A DNA stretch of 64,000 bases from Planctomycetota bacterium. GTDB taxonomy: Bacteria; Planctomycetota; Brocadiia; JAADGH01. A program made the translations under genes and the position numbers. This document shows, in pieces, positions 10,053 to 19,195 of the stretch. Every line of letters begins with the position of its first letter. Position 1 is the first letter of the stretch. The notes below the pieces were generated by a model. It ran no database searches. It worked only from the letters and a program-made list of their open reading frames with translations, and was not told where the DNA came from. The stretch lies in the NCBI GenBank assembly GCA_040755855.1, contig JBFMAD010000004.1:128001-192000 (forward strand), read 5' to 3'.

Positions 10053-11069
10053 ATGATTCACGGTCATAGTCTTCCCAACAGAACTCCCGTGGGTGCGTAT
10101 GCCCTTGCTGCGATGCTTCTGGCGACGGTCGCCCTCGTTCCCGCCGACGACGAGAAGGACCGCGCCCAGGCGCTGTATGATTACTATGAAAAGGCGTGCA
10201 TCGAGAAGGGGTGGCGGAAGGTCGTCGTCAAGGTCGGCGACCGCGACCGGCAGCTTATGTGGCGAGGGCCTGAAGGCGCGTGGAAACACGGGGCCGTCAT
10301 CGCCATGCACGGCGGGGGAGGGACCTACTCGAACTTCGGGGCGGGCCTGCCCCTTGGCGAGCCGATGGTCGAGTTCGGCTCGCTGGCCGTCGAGAAAGGC
10401 TTTGCTGTCTTCTCACCGGACTCCACCGACGGAGGGGCGACGGACGCGGAAGGGCGCTCCTGCGGCAAGCGGTGGGACTGCGTGGCGGTTGACGGCCGCG
10501 AGAACATCGACCTCCCCTTCATCGAGACCGTCATCACGCAGACGATCCCTGAGCTGCGCCCGCCGAACAGCGCCAAGCACGTATTCATCACGGGCATCTC
10601 CAACGGCGGGTTCATGACCGTCCTCGCGGCGACGCATTTCCCCGAAAAAATCACCGCCTTCGCTGTGGTCTCCGCCGGCGATCCGTACGGCACGACTATG
10701 GACATGGGAACGCACCCGCCCCGCGAGCGGCAAAAGGCCCCAGGCGTATTTCGCGACAACGAGACCCATCGTCAGGTCAACGAGGAGCGCGCGGCCGTGG
10801 CCGATGCGTATCCGAATGAGAAGGCGTGGCCGGACAGGCCCGGCGCGAGGAAGCCGCCCTTCAAGCAGTTCCATCACGAGGGCGACGGGGCCTGCGACAT
10901 CTCCTGCATGAAGAAGGCGCAGCGCCAACTCGTCGCGCACGGCTACCCCGACGACGGCGCCTTCATCATCGGAAACATCGGCCGAAGAAGCGTCTGGAAA
11001 CACTTCTGGCAGAAGCAGTATAATGAACCGTTGATCGAGTTCTTTATGAAGTGCGTCAAGAAGAACTGA
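10053..11069 (+). CDS. Secreted alpha/beta hydrolase (PHB depolymerase/esterase-like)
   Basis: AMHGGGG oxyanion motif and GISNGG nucleophile elbow. Confidence 0.75.
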   Translation: MIHGHSLPNRTPVGAYALAAMLLATVALVPADDEKDRAQALYDYYEKACIEKGWRKVVVKVGDRDRQLMWRGPEGAWKHGAVIAMHGGGGTYSNFGAGLPLGEPMVEFGSLAVEKGFAVFSPDSTDGGATDAEGRSCGKRWDCVAVDGRENIDLPFIETVITQTIPELRPPNSAKHVFITGISNGGFMTVLAATHFPEKITAFAVVSAGDPYGTTMDMGTHPPRERQKAPGVFRDNETHRQVNEERAAVADAYPNEKAWPDRPGARKPPFKQFHHEGDGACDISCMKKAQRQLVAHGYPDDGAFIIGNIGRRSVWKHFWQKQYNEPLIEFFMKCVKKN

Positions 11070-11120
11070 GTCAGGTGGTGGGGGCGTGTTGTGCCACCAA
11101 GATCAGGGACTTGGGGTGCG

Positions 11121-11717
11121 ATGAGACCAGCGCGAAAAAGGGCCATCATCATTCTCAGCTTGGTTGCGGTGCTTGCCGTGGCTCAGATGGGTACGTGGGC
11201 GCTGTTCGGCAGGAAAACGCTGGGACGAGTGGTGCCGCGTATTGTCGAGGCGGATGCACCGCCTCACCGGCGCTATTTTCACCGACATGGTCATGATTTC
11301 AGGCTGCCTCCGAAGGACCTCAAGGCCATGCAGGAATACGACCGGGACTTTCGAGAGCACTTGTCGGAACTGAACCAGCAGGGCAAGTTGCCGACATGGA
11401 ATCTGATTGTGCCCGATTCTGTGGCTGCCGAGTTTGGCCCGGCTGTACTCGCGAAGATGCGGATGGCCTTACGCGATCAGAATGCTCTGGTTTACACCGA
11501 GGCCGAAGCCCCGGCGCAGCACCGACAAGAGGCGGCGGCAATGCCACCAAATTGCAGCAAACTGACCTATCGCGTGATAGAGAATAGTCCCTTCATCGCA
11601 CGAATCGAAGTCGGCTACTGGACTCGCCCAAATGGTCAAAGCGGCGGTCGACACAACTTGATTTGGTGTCTTGGGTTCTGGATCTATTTGGGCCCCTATG
11701 AACGCTGGATCAGTTGA
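11121..11717 (+). CDS. Hypothetical protein with N-terminal TM/signal segment
   Basis: Open frame filling the gap between co-oriented genes; no recognisable motif. Confidence 0.55.
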   Translation: MRPARKRAIIILSLVAVLAVAQMGTWALFGRKTLGRVVPRIVEADAPPHRRYFHRHGHDFRLPPKDLKAMQEYDRDFREHLSELNQQGKLPTWNLIVPDSVAAEFGPAVLAKMRMALRDQNALVYTEAEAPAQHRQEAAAMPPNCSKLTYRVIENSPFIARIEVGYWTRPNGQSGGRHNLIWCLGFWIYLGPYERWIS

Positions 11718-11748
11718 CTTCATGCCCAGGAGACGAAAGGAGCACGCC

Positions 11749-12414
11749 ATGACACGACGACGCACCGCAAATCTAATAGCATGGGTATGCCTTGTTCTAT
11801 GCGCCCTGACAACAGCGCTCCTCGTCGCCGACGAGGAGGAGTGGGAGAGCCTCTTCGACGGCAAGACCCTCAAGGGCTGGAAGGCAACCGACTTCGGCGG
11901 GCAAGGCGAGGTCGAGGTCAAAGACGGCACGATCGTCCTCAACATCGGTCCCGGCGATCTGACCGGCATCACATGGACCGGACCGGTGCGGCGGATGAAC
12001 TACGAGATCTGCGTGGACGCCATGCGCCTGTCCGGGCACGACTTCTTCTGTGGCCTGACCTTTCCCGTGGGCGACTCCTGCTGCAGCCTGATCTGCGGCG
12101 GGTGGGGCGGGACACTCGTCGGCATCTCGTCCTTCAGCGACATGGACGCATCGGAGAACGAGACCACGACCTACATGGACTTCGAGGACGAGAAGTGGTA
12201 TCCCATCCAGGTGCGCGTGACGGAGAATCATATCGAGGCATGGATCGACGGGAAGAAGGTGGTGGATGCCAAACCGGACAACCGGAGGATCTCCGTGCGC
12301 GGCGAGGTGACTCGCTCCCAGCCCCTGGGCATCGCCGCCTACCAGACGCAGGCGGCCATCGGCGACGTTCGCGTGCGGACGATCAAGCCGGAGGGCGAGA
12401 AGCCGGAGAAGTGA
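11749..12414 (+). CDS. DUF1080 (3-keto-disaccharide hydrolase) family protein
   Basis: AAGGAG RBS, signal peptide, SLFDGKTLKGW, DFFCGLTFPV, GGWGG. Confidence 0.88.
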   Translation: MTRRRTANLIAWVCLVLCALTTALLVADEEEWESLFDGKTLKGWKATDFGGQGEVEVKDGTIVLNIGPGDLTGITWTGPVRRMNYEICVDAMRLSGHDFFCGLTFPVGDSCCSLICGGWGGTLVGISSFSDMDASENETTTYMDFEDEKWYPIQVRVTENHIEAWIDGKKVVDAKPDNRRISVRGEVTRSQPLGIAAYQTQAAIGDVRVRTIKPEGEKPEK

Positions 12415-12459
12415 GGCGGAACAATTTGCCGGATGCCCGGCAGTCTGGAATCCGCGGCG

Positions 12460-14079
12460 CTACTTCGCCATCAGCGCCCACAGCCGCGGACCCAGCATGG
12501 CGTAGATAACGCCGTTTGCCGCGATGGGGGCGCACTCGCTGCCGGTCGAGTGGGTGAAGATGACCTTCTTCTCCTTCCCGGCGGCAAGAATCCAGAAGGA
12601 TCGTTTCGTGGTGAAGTAGAGCTTGCCGTCGGCCACGAGCGGTCCGCCCCACGTCTCGTGCTTTGTCTCGTGAATCCAATGGACCGCCCCCGTCTCGGCG
12701 TCAAAGCAATAGAGCTTACCCGCGAGGTCGGCGGCATAGACCAGCCCATCCGCGACCGCGACCGTGCAAATCGTTCGCCCTATCTCCTCACAGGACCACA
12801 CCTTGCCCGATTCGGTGATATCGCCGGTCTTCGTCGCATCAATACAGTGCAGTATGCCCTTTCCCGGTCCGTGGGCGGGGTCCTGGCCGATGGCAATATA
12901 GACGCGGTTGTTGCAGAAAACCGGCGTGGCGATGATCTGACTCGGCCCGACATAGTCCCCCTTGCCGTCGTTCAGGAGGCGCGGCTCCCTTGTCGCTTTC
13001 TTCCTCCTCTGATAGTCGCGGTATTTGCGCACATCGCCGTCGTAATAGGGGATCGTCCTGCCGTCGCGGAGCTTGTAGTGCGGGGGGTTGCAATCGTAGG
13101 ACCAGACCTTTTTCAGGTGGACAGACTTCGCCGGGATCTCCGCGATCGCCTCGAAGGCGTAGCACACGCCGTCGCCGCCGCCGAGGAAGATGAGCGTCCG
13201 GTCGCCCACCTTTCCCATCGAAGGCGAGGACCATTGCGTATGGTAGAGCCGCGCGCTGATCCCATCCTTCTCCGTGGCGACGAAGCGGCCGGTCTTCTTG
13301 TCGAGCGCGATGAAGGCCGGGGCGTCGGGCTGAACCGCGCCCTCCTCGTGCTGCTTTCCCACGCCGTTGGACGTGCTGGTGTAGAGCACGTCGCCGCAGA
13401 TCAATACAGAGCAGCTTGCCACGTCGTGCGGGGCGACGGAAAGTTCGCCCGGGATGTCGAAGCGCCAGAGGATATCCGCGTCCGTCGGCAATAGCTCGAC
13501 CGGCGGCTCCTCCGGGCAGGCCATGAACTGGGCCTCATCTTTGAACGGCCCGTCGTTCCCGTTCGCCAAGCCGTGCACATCTAAGCAGAGGACGTCATCG
13601 CCGTTGGTGACCACATAGACCCGATCGCCATCAACCGTCGGCGATGAACAGACGCCCCACTTCTGCTGGGTCATAAAGACGCCTGGGGGGAAATCCTCCC
13701 GCTCGGGCGCGACCAACTGCCACAGGCGCCTCCCCGTCGCCTCATCCAAGCACAGCACCACGCCGCCGTCCGATGCGGTGAAGCGCTTGTCGTCGCGGAC
13801 CGCGCTCATGTTCGTGCCGAGGAAGACCCGGCCGTTGGCGACGGTCGGACAGCCGTAAACAGTCTTGCTAAGATCGGCCGCCCACTTGACGTTCTTCGTT
13901 GTCGCCGGGTCCACATCCCCGAGCGGTCCCTTCTCGCCCGGATCGAACGAGGCAGGCAGGTTCTTTTCCTCCACCGCGTTCCGCCCGGATGGGCCGGTCC
14001 AGTGCGGCCAGTCCGCGGCGTCAAGCGAAATTGCCGAAGACACCACAGCCAGAATGGTCAATATATTTCTACTCGCCAT
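12460..14079 (-). CDS. PQQ-binding-like beta-propeller repeat protein
   Basis: AADWPHWTGP start, NVKWAADL, repeated SSPTV/CLD..TG..LW blades. Confidence 0.88.
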   Translation of the reverse strand: MASRNILTILAVVSSAISLDAADWPHWTGPSGRNAVEEKNLPASFDPGEKGPLGDVDPATTKNVKWAADLSKTVYGCPTVANGRVFLGTNMSAVRDDKRFTASDGGVVLCLDEATGRRLWQLVAPEREDFPPGVFMTQQKWGVCSSPTVDGDRVYVVTNGDDVLCLDVHGLANGNDGPFKDEAQFMACPEEPPVELLPTDADILWRFDIPGELSVAPHDVASCSVLICGDVLYTSTSNGVGKQHEEGAVQPDAPAFIALDKKTGRFVATEKDGISARLYHTQWSSPSMGKVGDRTLIFLGGGDGVCYAFEAIAEIPAKSVHLKKVWSYDCNPPHYKLRDGRTIPYYDGDVRKYRDYQRRKKATREPRLLNDGKGDYVGPSQIIATPVFCNNRVYIAIGQDPAHGPGKGILHCIDATKTGDITESGKVWSCEEIGRTICTVAVADGLVYAADLAGKLYCFDAETGAVHWIHETKHETWGGPLVADGKLYFTTKRSFWILAAGKEKKVIFTHSTGSECAPIAANGVIYAMLGPRLWALMAK

Positions 14080-14104
14080 GCAATTGCCGCCGTTGTGATT
14101 CTAA

Positions 14105-14132
14105 ACCACAGAGGACACAGAGAGCACAGAGA
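14105..14132 (+). repeat. Left arm of perfect 28-bp inverted repeat around GxxExxY gene
   Basis: ACCACAGAGGACACAGAGAGCACAGAGA, 9-bp periodic CACAGAGnn. Confidence 0.95.
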
Positions 14133-14136
14133 GAAG

Positions 14137-14508
14137 TCAGAGCACGAATCGCCTAATCCCGTCTTTCAGGACCGGGACGTTGAAGTTGATGAGGAGCCCC
14201 GTCTTGATCCCAGCCAGTTTCATGTAGGTAAACAGTTGGGCCTCGTGTATGGCCAAGACTGCCTCGAGTGCTTTCAGTTCCACGATCAGCTTGTCTTCGA
14301 CAAGTAGATCAACGCGGTACCCGCAGTCCAACTGCACTCCTTTGTATTCGACGGGCAACGGCCACTGCAACTTGAACCTGGTTCCCGTCAAATCCATCTC
14401 ACGGGCAAGGCACTTTTCATATGTGGACTCCAACAGCCCCGGCCCCAGCGCGCGGTGCACCTCGATGGCAGCCCCGATCACCTTACCCGTCAACTCATTT
14501 ATATCCAT
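14137..14508 (-). CDS. GxxExxY protein (PD-(D/E)XK nuclease superfamily)
   Basis: LGPGLLESTYEKCL, YRVDLLVEDKLIVELK, HEAQLFTY, GLLINF. Confidence 0.95.
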   Translation of the reverse strand: MDINELTGKVIGAAIEVHRALGPGLLESTYEKCLAREMDLTGTRFKLQWPLPVEYKGVQLDCGYRVDLLVEDKLIVELKALEAVLAIHEAQLFTYMKLAGIKTGLLINFNVPVLKDGIRRFVL

Positions 14509-14536
14509 TCTCTGTGCTCTCTGTGTCCTCTGTGGT
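14509..14536 (-). repeat. Right arm of perfect 28-bp inverted repeat around GxxExxY gene
   Basis: TCTCTGTGCTCTCTGTGTCCTCTGTGGT, exact reverse complement of 14105-14132. Confidence 0.95.
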
Positions 14537-14541
14537 GAGTG

Positions 14542-15684
14542 CTACTTCCCGAACTGCTCATGGATCTTCGGCATGACCTGGCTGATCTTGATGTGCTGCG
14601 GGCACTTCTCCTCGCACTCCTTGCACCCCTCGCACGCACCCGCCCGCTGCTCCTCGGCCATGCCGCGGTAGAGGTTCCGGTTCAGCAGGAGCTGGTTGCC
14701 CCGGAAGACCATCGCGTCGCTGTAGAGTTGCATGTTCTTCGGGATGTCCACATCGTTCGGGCACGGCATGCAGTAGCCGCACTGCGTGCACGGCACGACC
14801 CGCAGCTCGGCGTACTTCTCCTGCACCTGCGCAATGATGTCCAGCTCTTCGGCGGTCAGCCTCCCCACGCCCGACCGCTCCGCGCTCGCCACGTTCTCCA
14901 CCACATGCTCCATCGCCGTCATGCCGCTCAGCACCACCGCCACCTCCGGCTTGTGCCACAGCCACTGCAGGGCCCAGTCGGCGGGGGTGCGCCTCGTCGG
15001 GGCGCGATCCAGGATCGCCTGCACCGGTTCCGGGGCCTTGGCCAGGCACCCGCCCAGGAGCGGCTCCATGATGACCACGGCGAGGCCATTGTCGGCGGCG
15101 AACTTCAGGCCCTTGGTCCCGGCCTGGACGTCCTCGTTCATGTAGTTGTATTGAATCTGGCACATAGCCCATTGGTCGTAGGCATTGATGACCTCGGTAA
15201 GCAAATCGTAGTCGTCGTGGAACGAAAACCCGACAACGCCCACCCGCCCATCGGCCTGGATCCGATCCAGCCAGTCGAGGATGTTCAGGTCGCGGAGCTT
15301 CTTCCAGAATGGGACCTGCATGTTGTGGAGGAGATAGACGTCAATCTTCTCGACCTGGAGGCGTTTCCTCTGCTCATCCAGCAGCCGGTCGAAGTCGTCT
15401 GCCGTCTTGCAGGCCCAGGGGGGCAGTTTTGTGGCGACCTTCACCTTCGCGCGGTAGCCGTCCTGGAGCGCCTTGCCGACGACCTTCTCGCTGTTGCCGC
15501 CGTGGTAGCCGTGGGCGGAGTCAATGTAGTTCACGCCGTGGTCAATGGCGTAGCGGATCATCTCGATGGCCAGGGACTCGTCCACCTTGTTCGCGTCCTC
15601 CCCCAGAATGGGCAGGCGCATGCACCCGAAGCCGAGGGCGGACGCCTGGAAGTCGAGCTTGCCGAATTTCCGGTACTGCATCAT
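14542..15684 (-). CDS. Aldo/keto reductase with C-terminal 4Fe-4S domain
   Basis: SALGFGCMRLP, GVNYIDSAHGY, IMEPLLGG, CTQCGYCMPCP and CEGCKECEEKCP. Confidence 0.93.
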   Translation of the reverse strand: MMQYRKFGKLDFQASALGFGCMRLPILGEDANKVDESLAIEMIRYAIDHGVNYIDSAHGYHGGNSEKVVGKALQDGYRAKVKVATKLPPWACKTADDFDRLLDEQRKRLQVEKIDVYLLHNMQVPFWKKLRDLNILDWLDRIQADGRVGVVGFSFHDDYDLLTEVINAYDQWAMCQIQYNYMNEDVQAGTKGLKFAADNGLAVVIMEPLLGGCLAKAPEPVQAILDRAPTRRTPADWALQWLWHKPEVAVVLSGMTAMEHVVENVASAERSGVGRLTAEELDIIAQVQEKYAELRVVPCTQCGYCMPCPNDVDIPKNMQLYSDAMVFRGNQLLLNRNLYRGMAEEQRAGACEGCKECEEKCPQHIKISQVMPKIHEQFGK

Positions 15685-15775
15685 CCTTCTCCTTTCGCTG
15701 TGTATCCGTTTGGATGATACCATGATGTCCCGCCGGGGGCAAGATGCGCTTGACCGGAATTCCCAGGCATATTGC

Positions 15776-15803
15776 TTGACACGCGGCGAAATCGTGCCAT
15801 AAT
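15776..15803 (+). promoter_or_regulatory. sigma70-like promoter
   Basis: TTGACA-N16-CATAAT with TG extension, upstream of AGGAGG RBS. Confidence 0.55.
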
Positions 15804-15863
15804 AATGTCGAACGGGGCTGAAGAGATGTTTGGTGTCTCGCACAATCACGTAGGAGGTGTGTC

Positions 15864-16565
15864 ATGCAGTGGAGAATGTTCTGTTGGTTGATGGCGCTGG
15901 GGATCGTTTGCGTCGCGGTCGGCGCGATGGCGGCGGACGACGAGGAGGGCTTTGTCTCCCTGTTCAACGGCAAGGACCTGACCGGCTGGGACGGGAACCC
16001 GGACTTCTGGTCGGTGAAGGACGGCGTCATCCACGGCGAGACGACGGCGGAGAAGCCGACGAAGGGGAACACGTTCCTGATCTGGCGCGGCGGGACGCTG
16101 AAGGATTACGAGCTACGCCTCTCGTTCCGCATCGAGAGCGGGAACTCCGGAGTGCAGCACCGCAGCCAGGACCTGGGCGAGTGGCATGTGAGCGGGTATC
16201 AGGCGGAGGTCTGCAACAGTCCCGCCACGGTCGGTTTTCTTTATCACGAACGAGGCCGGAAGCACCTGGCAAAGGTGGGAGAGAAGGTGGTGATTGACGA
16301 GAACGGGAAGATCGAGGTGGTTGGCAAGCTCGGCGAGGCGAAGGAGATCAACGCCGACTACAAGCCGAAGGACTGGAACCACTACCGCATCATCGCCAAG
16401 GGCAACCGCATCATGCAGTACTTGAACGGGAAGCAGACGATTGATCTGGTTGACAATGACCCGAAGGGCCGGGCGCTCGAAGGCATCCTCGCCCTCCAGA
16501 TCCACGCCGGCCCGCCGATGGTGGTGGAGTTCAAGGATATTCGGCTGAAGGAATTAAAGGAATAA
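15864..16565 (+). CDS. DUF1080 (3-keto-disaccharide hydrolase) family protein
   Basis: SLFNGKDLTGW, GNSGVQHRS, GYQAE, DWNHYRI, ALQIHAG. Confidence 0.92.
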   Translation: MQWRMFCWLMALGIVCVAVGAMAADDEEGFVSLFNGKDLTGWDGNPDFWSVKDGVIHGETTAEKPTKGNTFLIWRGGTLKDYELRLSFRIESGNSGVQHRSQDLGEWHVSGYQAEVCNSPATVGFLYHERGRKHLAKVGEKVVIDENGKIEVVGKLGEAKEINADYKPKDWNHYRIIAKGNRIMQYLNGKQTIDLVDNDPKGRALEGILALQIHAGPPMVVEFKDIRLKELKE

Positions 16566-16976
16566 GTCCCACATGAAAACGAGGGATCAAGCCGGGGATT
16601 CGTGATCGGATCTTTGGGTAAGTCGCGTCGTTGTGAGAGGCCCTGCCGCCACGGCCATGCAGACCGGCGGTCGAATCTTCTGCCTGAACACCAAGCGCTA
16701 CCCCATGCCTGATGTGTTGACAAGAAAGGCTTGGTAGCGCTTCGGCTCCCTTCGGTAGACGCCGCCAAGCGCAATATATATTTACACTCCAGAGCGACAA
16801 CCCACAAAAATCTACGTTTTCGTCGGCCCCAATCATCCCATTTGTTATATGTAACATTCGTAAATTACGTCACTTATGATGTGTTTTGTTTTGAGATTTA
16901 CCTTTGGCACAGACCTTGCTCTACCTATCATCGGTTGGTTAAGGAACATGACAACGGGAGCGAAAGGAGACAGGCA

Positions 16977-17303
16977 ATGAAACGGTTCTGGCTGGCAATG
17001 ATCTTGATGGCGGCAATCGGAATGGCAGGCGTGGAGGCGCAGCCAAGGCACGGGCACCACGGGGGCCACGGCGGCCATTCATACCACGGGCACCACCCGC
17101 ACCACGGCTACCCCTACTACCCGGGATACCGGCCCTACAGCCCCTACTGGCGCTATCCCACATATTGCTACCCCCCGGGCTACTACGGATACCCGACGTA
17201 CTACGGTAATTACTACTACTATTCATACCCGTACTACAACGGCGGGGTTTACGGCAGCTACTACGGAAGCCGCACAGGCATCAACTTCGGCATCCGGTTC
17301 TAA
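16977..17303 (+). CDS. Small secreted His/Tyr/Gly/Pro-rich protein
   Basis: AAGGAG RBS, signal peptide MKRFWLAMILMAAIGMAGVEA, low-complexity body, downstream terminator. Confidence 0.8.
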   Translation: MKRFWLAMILMAAIGMAGVEAQPRHGHHGGHGGHSYHGHHPHHGYPYYPGYRPYSPYWRYPTYCYPPGYYGYPTYYGNYYYYSYPYYNGGVYGSYYGSRTGINFGIRF

Positions 17304-17325
17304 GTTCCTCCCACTGTTCCGCAGA

Positions 17326-17358
17326 GAGGGCCGCTCCCAAGGGCGGCCCTCGCCTTTT
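17326..17358 (+). terminator. Rho-independent terminator
   Basis: GAGGGCCGC...GCGGCCCTC stem followed by GCCTTTT. Confidence 0.7.
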
Positions 17359-17467
17359 GCCCCACGCCCTTCCGCGATTTGCCCCGGCATTCAGGCCCCA
17401 TCGGCCATAGGCTCCGCGTCATGATGACCGTTGACGACATCGTTGCTCTCATCCGGCCCACCGGCGC

Positions 17468-19018
17468 TTAGCCCGATGCGCGCATCTCAACCGCCGTCTC
17501 GTAGAGCTGCGTCCTTTTCTTGACCGTCCCCGACCGCACCGACGAGTTGACGATGCTGTTGCCTGTTCGCTTCTTGCGGACCTCATGAAGGTCAACGATC
17601 TCGAAGCCCTCCTGCCGGGCGATGTCGGCGAATATCTGGTCGGTGGGGAACTCGACACCCTGCAGGATGTTGTTCCCGATCACAACTACGGCGGCGCCGC
17701 CGGGCTTGAGGACGTCCCGCGTGACGGCGCAGAAGCGCTGGCAGTCGTTGAAATACGCGGCGGCGTAATTCGCCCAGCCTTGCCCGCCATAGGTCCCCTT
17801 CTCGACGTTCTGCTCCTTCAGGCACTCGATCAGATCGCAAAGCTCCTTCAACTTCGGCCTGAGCGGGACTTCGGGGCCTGAGCGCACCGTTTGCCAGAAC
17901 TGGCCGAAGCTCCGCTGCTCCATCTCCTTGAGGTCTGCCGGCGACTGCACCATTCCAAGCCAGTACATGTGGGGCCGGGTGTTGCGAATGTAGTGGTAGT
18001 TGTTCAGGTAGGGGGGTGAGGTAATGAGCACATCAATGCTCCGTCGTCGCATCGAACTCGCGGCATCGAGATAGGAATCCGTGAACACCGCGGCCTTTGG
18101 CGGCCGCTTGAATCCCGCGAGCCAGCTCTGAAAGACCACAATGTCTTCACGCATGTCCTCGATCTTCCTGCCCACGATCCCGAAGACATCTGCGTCCTCG
18201 ACGTTCGGCTTGCCGGCGGCGGCGCGCGTGCCGAGACTGGGTTCGTAGGAGTAGTTGGAGAAACTCACCATCACCGACCCGAACGCCATGCGAAACAAGT
18301 CCCGCACCCACTCGACCTCCTGGTCGGAGATGAAATCGAGGCACGCGAGGACCTGTCGCTCCACCGCTACACTGAAAAAAGGAACTCGACTGCAAAATCC
18401 TTCGGGGGGGGACGACCTCGACGGTCCGGCATTCTCCGAGAGGGCCTTGTCCCCATACTCATGGAACGCGGCGATGCGTTGCTCCAACACAGCAATGTCA
18501 TAGTCCACCGCACTGACTTTCGCCCTGCAGGCCAATGCGGCATACGGGTTGATCTCAAAGCCGAACGCGTCGTGACCGTACTTGAGCGCCTCGACCAGCG
18601 TCGTTCCCACACCGGCAAAGGGATCCAGGACGGTCAATCGTTTCTTCGTCCGTCCCTCCTTTTGCAAAATTCCGTCAACAAAACCCGCCGAAAACCCGGC
18701 GATCCAGGGAACCCACCGATGCATCGTCCGCTCTCGGTTTTCGGTAAAGGCCGTATCGCGCAGGCCCACAAAGGGCATCTCGTATTGGACCTCAGGCTCC
18801 GCGACGGTGCCCGCCGAATTCGGTCCCGATTTCGCCTCCACTCTCCCTGCAAGCCAGTCCTCCAGCGCGCCACGCAGGAAGCGCCATTCGCGCCCGACCT
18901 TCTGTGATGGCACAAGACGCTTTCGCGCCATTTCCCCAAGTGTCTTGTTGCTGACGCGGATATACTGAGCCGCTTCCTGAAGTGTCATGATCTCGGATAT
19001 GACTTTATCTTCCCGCAT
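17468..19018 (-). CDS. Amino-DNA methyltransferase (m4C/m6A, alpha-type motif order) with N-terminal excisionase-like HTH
   Basis: IMTLQEAAQYIRVS...VPSQKVGREWRF (HTH_17-like); motif I VLDPFAGVGTT precedes motif IV ITSPPY; AAGGAGG RBS. Confidence 0.88.
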   Translation of the reverse strand: MREDKVISEIMTLQEAAQYIRVSNKTLGEMARKRLVPSQKVGREWRFLRGALEDWLAGRVEAKSGPNSAGTVAEPEVQYEMPFVGLRDTAFTENRERTMHRWVPWIAGFSAGFVDGILQKEGRTKKRLTVLDPFAGVGTTLVEALKYGHDAFGFEINPYAALACRAKVSAVDYDIAVLEQRIAAFHEYGDKALSENAGPSRSSPPEGFCSRVPFFSVAVERQVLACLDFISDQEVEWVRDLFRMAFGSVMVSFSNYSYEPSLGTRAAAGKPNVEDADVFGIVGRKIEDMREDIVVFQSWLAGFKRPPKAAVFTDSYLDAASSMRRRSIDVLITSPPYLNNYHYIRNTRPHMYWLGMVQSPADLKEMEQRSFGQFWQTVRSGPEVPLRPKLKELCDLIECLKEQNVEKGTYGGQGWANYAAAYFNDCQRFCAVTRDVLKPGGAAVVVIGNNILQGVEFPTDQIFADIARQEGFEIVDLHEVRKKRTGNSIVNSSVRSGTVKKRTQLYETAVEMRASG

Positions 19019-19051
19019 CTTTCTTTAGCCTCCTTGATATTGCATCACATG

Positions 19052-19079
19052 AGTATAGATCGGTCGAACAGGATGTCAA
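19052..19079 (-). promoter_or_regulatory. sigma70-like promoter of the methyltransferase
   Basis: TTGACA-N16-TATACT on the minus strand. Confidence 0.65.
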
Positions 19080-19195
19080 GACAAATTCTTGTCACCGTAA
19101 TGAATCCATGACTCAATTGACATAGCAGAAGGGCGTAAGGTAATATCTGTAATCCAATAATGTGCTTGGCCAAGCTACCCATTGGGAGAAATGGA

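Noticed and set aside
14105..14536. Reading the CACAGAG repeats as a CRISPR array or classical IS ends
   Set aside because: Only two inverted arms, no spacers, no cas genes, no DDE/HUH transposase and no target-site duplication.
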